Assembly: GCA_964530075.1 (NCBI GenBank) | Contig: CAZGXU010000003.1 | Coordinates: forward strand, 680 to 64,679 | DNA: 64,000 nucleotides | DNA from: an uncultured Thermotogae bacterium | GTDB taxonomy: Bacteria; Bipolaricaulota; Bipolaricaulia; UBA7950; UBA9294 | Direction: 5' to 3' | Shown here: piece by piece, positions 61,553 through 64,000 of the stretch | Layout: each line of letters opens with the position of its first letter | How positions within the stretch are numbered: the stretch's first letter is position 1 | Translations under genes and position numbers: made by a program | Notes under the pieces: generated by a model | Seen by the model: the letters and a program-made list of their open reading frames with translations, nothing else | Databases searched by the model: none | What the model was told of the DNA's origin: nothing

Positions 61553-62758
61553 ATGTGGAAGAACGTCCGGCTGCTCTTCTCGAAGGAGTTAACCGGAGCG
61601 ATCCGTGATCGTCGGACGCTCTTCCTGACCGTCTTCTTCCCGCTGATCTTCTACCCACTCGTCCTCTCCGTGATCGGCCAGTTCAACGAGGCCGAGCGGG
61701 TCCGGTACGAGTCGTTGATTCCGACGATCCTCGTGGTCGATCGGTCCGAGGACGAGACGTTCGCGGCCGGGCTGGCTCAGGATACCACGCTCCACTGGCG
61801 CGACGCTGGCTCGATCGAGGAGGGGCTGGCCGACCTGAAGGCCGACGAGGGGCAGGTCCTCATGGTCGTGGAGAAGGAGGCGGGCGGCGAGGGGATCGGC
61901 CTCGATGTGACGCTCTACTACGACCAGGCCGACACCTTCGCCCCGATCGCCGCGTCCCGGGTCCGGGCGTTCCTCGAGGCGTACCTGAAGCGGGTGATCA
62001 ACGACAAGCTCGAAGCGCTCGGGATGCTGGAAGAGGTCCAGGCGGTCACTCCACCGCTCACCATCCGGCTTGAAGACGTCGCCACCGGCGAATCGCTGGG
62101 GCGGATGATCCTCAGCCGCCTTCTGCCGTACTTCATGGTCCTGGCGATCCTGACCGGCGCGATGGGGCTCGGGGCTGAGATCACCGCCGGGGAGAAGGAG
62201 CGGAGCACCATCGCGACGCTCCTCGTCAGCCAGCTCTCGCGGACGGAGATCGTGCTCGGGAAGTTCCTCACCGTCCTGACGGTCTCGCTGACGTCGTCCA
62301 TCCTGTCGGCCGTCGGCCTGCTGATCGGCGTCCGATTCTTCGGCGGCGGCCTGACGCCGGCGACGGTCTCCGGAGCGGCCGTCTTCCGGCTCGATCTGCC
62401 GGCGTTCGGATGGATGCTGATCGTGCTGATCCCGTTGGCCGTGATCCTCTCGGCGTTGGTGATCATCGTCGGGACGTACGCACGGAGCCAGAAGGAGGCG
62501 AGCACCTACCTCCTCCCGATCTACATGGTGATCGTGTTGGTCGGGATGATGTCGATGACCGGCGGGATCGCCTTCGAAGGAGCGCGCTACCTGATCCCGG
62601 TCGCCAACGCCCTCTACGCCCTGCAAGGGATCATCGTCGGCAACCTGGCGGCGTCAAACATCGTCTACACGCTCATCGCCAACGTCGTCTGCGGCGCGCT
62701 CCTGATCGCCGCCGCCGTCCGCCTGTTCAAGCGCGAGGCGGTGCTCTTCAGAAGCTAG
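61553..62758 (+). CDS. ABC-2 type permease (NatB/NosY-like) with a large first extracytoplasmic loop
   Basis: 401 aa. One N-terminal TM segment, a roughly 140-aa loop, then five TM segments. ELTGAIRDRRTLF is typical of the ABC-2 N-terminus. Confidence 0.85.
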   Translation: MWKNVRLLFSKELTGAIRDRRTLFLTVFFPLIFYPLVLSVIGQFNEAERVRYESLIPTILVVDRSEDETFAAGLAQDTTLHWRDAGSIEEGLADLKADEGQVLMVVEKEAGGEGIGLDVTLYYDQADTFAPIAASRVRAFLEAYLKRVINDKLEALGMLEEVQAVTPPLTIRLEDVATGESLGRMILSRLLPYFMVLAILTGAMGLGAEITAGEKERSTIATLLVSQLSRTEIVLGKFLTVLTVSLTSSILSAVGLLIGVRFFGGGLTPATVSGAAVFRLDLPAFGWMLIVLIPLAVILSALVIIVGTYARSQKEASTYLLPIYMVIVLVGMMSMTGGIAFEGARYLIPVANALYALQGIIVGNLAASNIVYTLIANVVCGALLIAAAVRLFKREAVLFRS

Positions 62759-62883
62759 CGGGAAAGGCATTCACCGCAGACGTCTGTGAGAGCCCGGAGT
62801 GTGCGGCCCCGAAGCGTGGCGTTGGCTTCCTCCGAAGCCTGGACTCCGCTTGCGGGGCAGATCGATTCCGTGTCGTCCTCCGC

Positions 62884-62904
62884 GCCCCTCTGCGGTGGGG
62901 TTTT
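62884..62904 (+). terminator. Weak candidate terminator after the ABC-2 permease
   Basis: CCCC-tctgcggt-GGGG followed by TTTT. The stem is only 4-5 bp, so this is a low-confidence call. Confidence 0.25.
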
Positions 62905-62917
62905 GCGGATTGGACGA

Positions 62918-63382
62918 TCAGGCCTTCTGGCCCCGCGAGTAGCGCTTCAGCGCCTCGTCGGTTCGGCGCTTCTCGTCATCCTCGCGGAGCTTCCTCCGTT
63001 TGTCGTAGGTCGCGCGTCCCTTGGCGAGGCCGAGCTCGACCTTTGCGTATCCGCGCTTGAAGTAGATCCGCAGCGGGACGAGGGTGTAACCGCGCTCCTG
63101 GAGCTGGGTCGTCAGGCGCCGGATCTCCCGACGGTGGAGAAGGAGCCGTCGGTCGCGGAGCGGATCGGCGTTGTGGATCGAGCCCTGCTGATACGGCGCG
63201 ATATGAACCCCCTTGAGCGTCGCCTCGCCCCGTCGGACCACGGCGAATCCGTCCTGAATGGAACAGCGACCGGCGCGAAGGCTCTTGACCTCCGTCCCGG
63301 TCAGGACGAGCCCCGCCTCGATCGTGTCGAGGATGTCGTACTCGTGGCGGGCTCTGCGGTTCGTCGCGACGACTTGGGCCAT
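62918..63382 (-). CDS. smpB: SsrA-binding protein SmpB
   Basis: NRRARHEYDILDTIEAGLVLTGTEVKSLR...LLLHRREI...YFKRGYAKVELGLAKG. Confidence 0.95.
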   Translation of the reverse strand: MAQVVATNRRARHEYDILDTIEAGLVLTGTEVKSLRAGRCSIQDGFAVVRRGEATLKGVHIAPYQQGSIHNADPLRDRRLLLHRREIRRLTTQLQERGYTLVPLRIYFKRGYAKVELGLAKGRATYDKRRKLREDDEKRRTDEALKRYSRGQKA

Positions 63383-63821
63383 GGCGGGGACAGACTAGCC
63401 GAGGGATTCCGGCGGCGCAAGACGATCCTGCAGCGATGCCGGCGTCAAGGGTGGGGTCGGTCGTCCCTCCAGACGGCGTGGCGGACGTGGATGAAGCGAT
63501 TCATGACAGCCCCTGTGCTCATCGCTTGGTTTGCCGCGTTGGAGTCGGCGGTCGTAAATCTCCTTGAAGTGGGGGTCTGCGACGGGGAAGGCGAAGGGCC
63601 GTCGCTGTCGAACGAGACGGAGCTCGTCGGACTGAAGAATGAGAGACGCGTCGGGGCCGACGACTTCGACGCTCCGACGTTCCTTCGCCGGAGCCGCGAG
63701 GATCGGCCCCGCCCGTCGCGGGGAGAGCCGCAGGCCACCAACAAGAACGCAAGTGAGATCCGTCCGCCGAGCGGCTGGATGTCCGAAGCCGACGGAAAGG
63801 CGAAGCCCCGAAGCCTTCGAT

Positions 63822-63906
63822 TGCCAGAGGTGGGAGTCGAACGCACACGTCGCAGAGGGACACGGATCTTTGAGTCCCGCGCGTCTGCCCATTCCGCCCC
63901 TCTGAG
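63822..63906 (-). tRNA. tRNA-Leu(CAA)-like gene with several non-canonical positions (possibly a pseudogene)
   Basis: Hand fold of the reverse complement: CTCAGAG-GG-GCGG AATGGGCAGA CGC-G-CGGGA CTCAAAG ATCCG-long variable arm-GTGCG TTCGACT CCCAC-CTCTGGC-A. The type II layout and D-loop match Leu tRNAs. Deviations are C1-C72 and U2-G71 in the acceptor, G at position 8, A31-A39, and a C52-C62 mismatch. Confidence 0.45.
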
Positions 63907-63916
63907 CGCGTCGAGG

Positions 63917-63945
63917 ATCCTGGTCTCCCCCATCGGTCGGTGCAA
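63917..63945 (-). promoter_or_regulatory. Putative promoter TTGCAC-17-CAGGAT, 10 nt upstream of the tRNA-Leu-like 5' end
   Basis: The reverse complement reads TTGCAC cgaccgatgggggagac CAGGAT cctcgacgcg CTCAGAG. Confidence 0.3.
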
Positions 63946-64000
63946 TCGGGCCGCACGAGGTGCGTCTCGTTTATGAAACCTCCGGGAAACATTTGACATC

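Noticed and set aside
62759-63976. 396-aa + strand ORF 62786..63976
   Set aside because: Its first 600 nt lie antisense to smpB, and its end runs through the tRNA-like gene. Only the 63491-63800 part has any gene-like signal, and that part is discussed as an open question rather than called.
63383-64000. tmRNA (ssrA) expected next to smpB
   Set aside because: There is no GGGG-start acceptor pairing with a ...CTCCACCA 3' end, no Ala-type G3-U70, and no tag ORF ending in ALAA-stop on either strand. The only tRNA-like element here has a Leu-type cloverleaf with an anticodon arm.

Overview
High-GC (about 65%), very gene-dense bacterial chromosome segment. It carries roughly 60 protein genes on both strands, two tRNA-type genes, no rRNA, no CRISPR and no recognisable transposase, integrase or phage gene. 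Many neighbouring genes overlap by ATGA/GTGA, so translational coupling is common. I re-derived most start codons from Shine-Dalgarno (GGAGG-like) context, because the six-frame track is full of long shadow ORFs typical of high-GC DNA.

Layout:
- 1-6.4 kb: central metabolism (acs fragment, lytic transglycosylase, DUF502, accD-accA, an orphan hydrogenase-maturation protease, class II aldolase, phosphofructokinase).
- 6.5-24.4 kb: an alpha-glucan/maltodextrin locus. It holds a GalT-family transferase, glgA, a cytoplasmic GH13, a lower-GC malEFG cassette, a secreted GH57 enzyme, an uncharacterised 701-aa protein, a ROK regulator, a GlgE/maltosyltransferase-like GH13 and a stand-alone PPDK_N-type ATP-grasp protein.
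- 24.4-28 kb: Nudix hydrolase plus a four-subunit 2-oxoacid:ferredoxin oxidoreductase.
- 28-43 kb: housekeeping genes (rpmB, tsaB, ribF, ruvB, NfeD-FloA, TldD/PmbA, tRNA-Met-rnhA-dtd, rpmF, ftsZ).
- 43-64 kb: an orphan OmpR-type regulator, GNAT, a lamin-tail plus 7xPKD surface protein, phoH-mtaB-AMMECR1, LCP, rsfS, a helicase-nuclease fusion, HU, an aminotransferase, an MBL hydrolase, serS coupled to a NosD-like/ABC module, smpB, and a degenerate tRNA-Leu-like gene.

Sigma70-like promoters of the form TTGACA/TTGGCA-17-TAGAAT/TATAGT/TATACT recur in front of several units.

The most interesting items:
- an FtsZ with a roughly 105-aa N-terminal extension
- the 701-aa unknown protein inside the glucan operon
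- the PPDK_N-only protein
- the NosD-like/ABC module with no NosZ
- a shared-palindrome divergent promoter at the ROK regulator
- the unassigned 440 bp plus aberrant tRNA-like gene upstream of smpB

The anaerobe-type enzymes (OFOR) together with LCP and NfeD-FloA suggest an uncultivated monoderm-like high-GC lineage. Taxonomy cannot be fixed without database searches. All functional calls rest on motif recognition by eye, not on searches.
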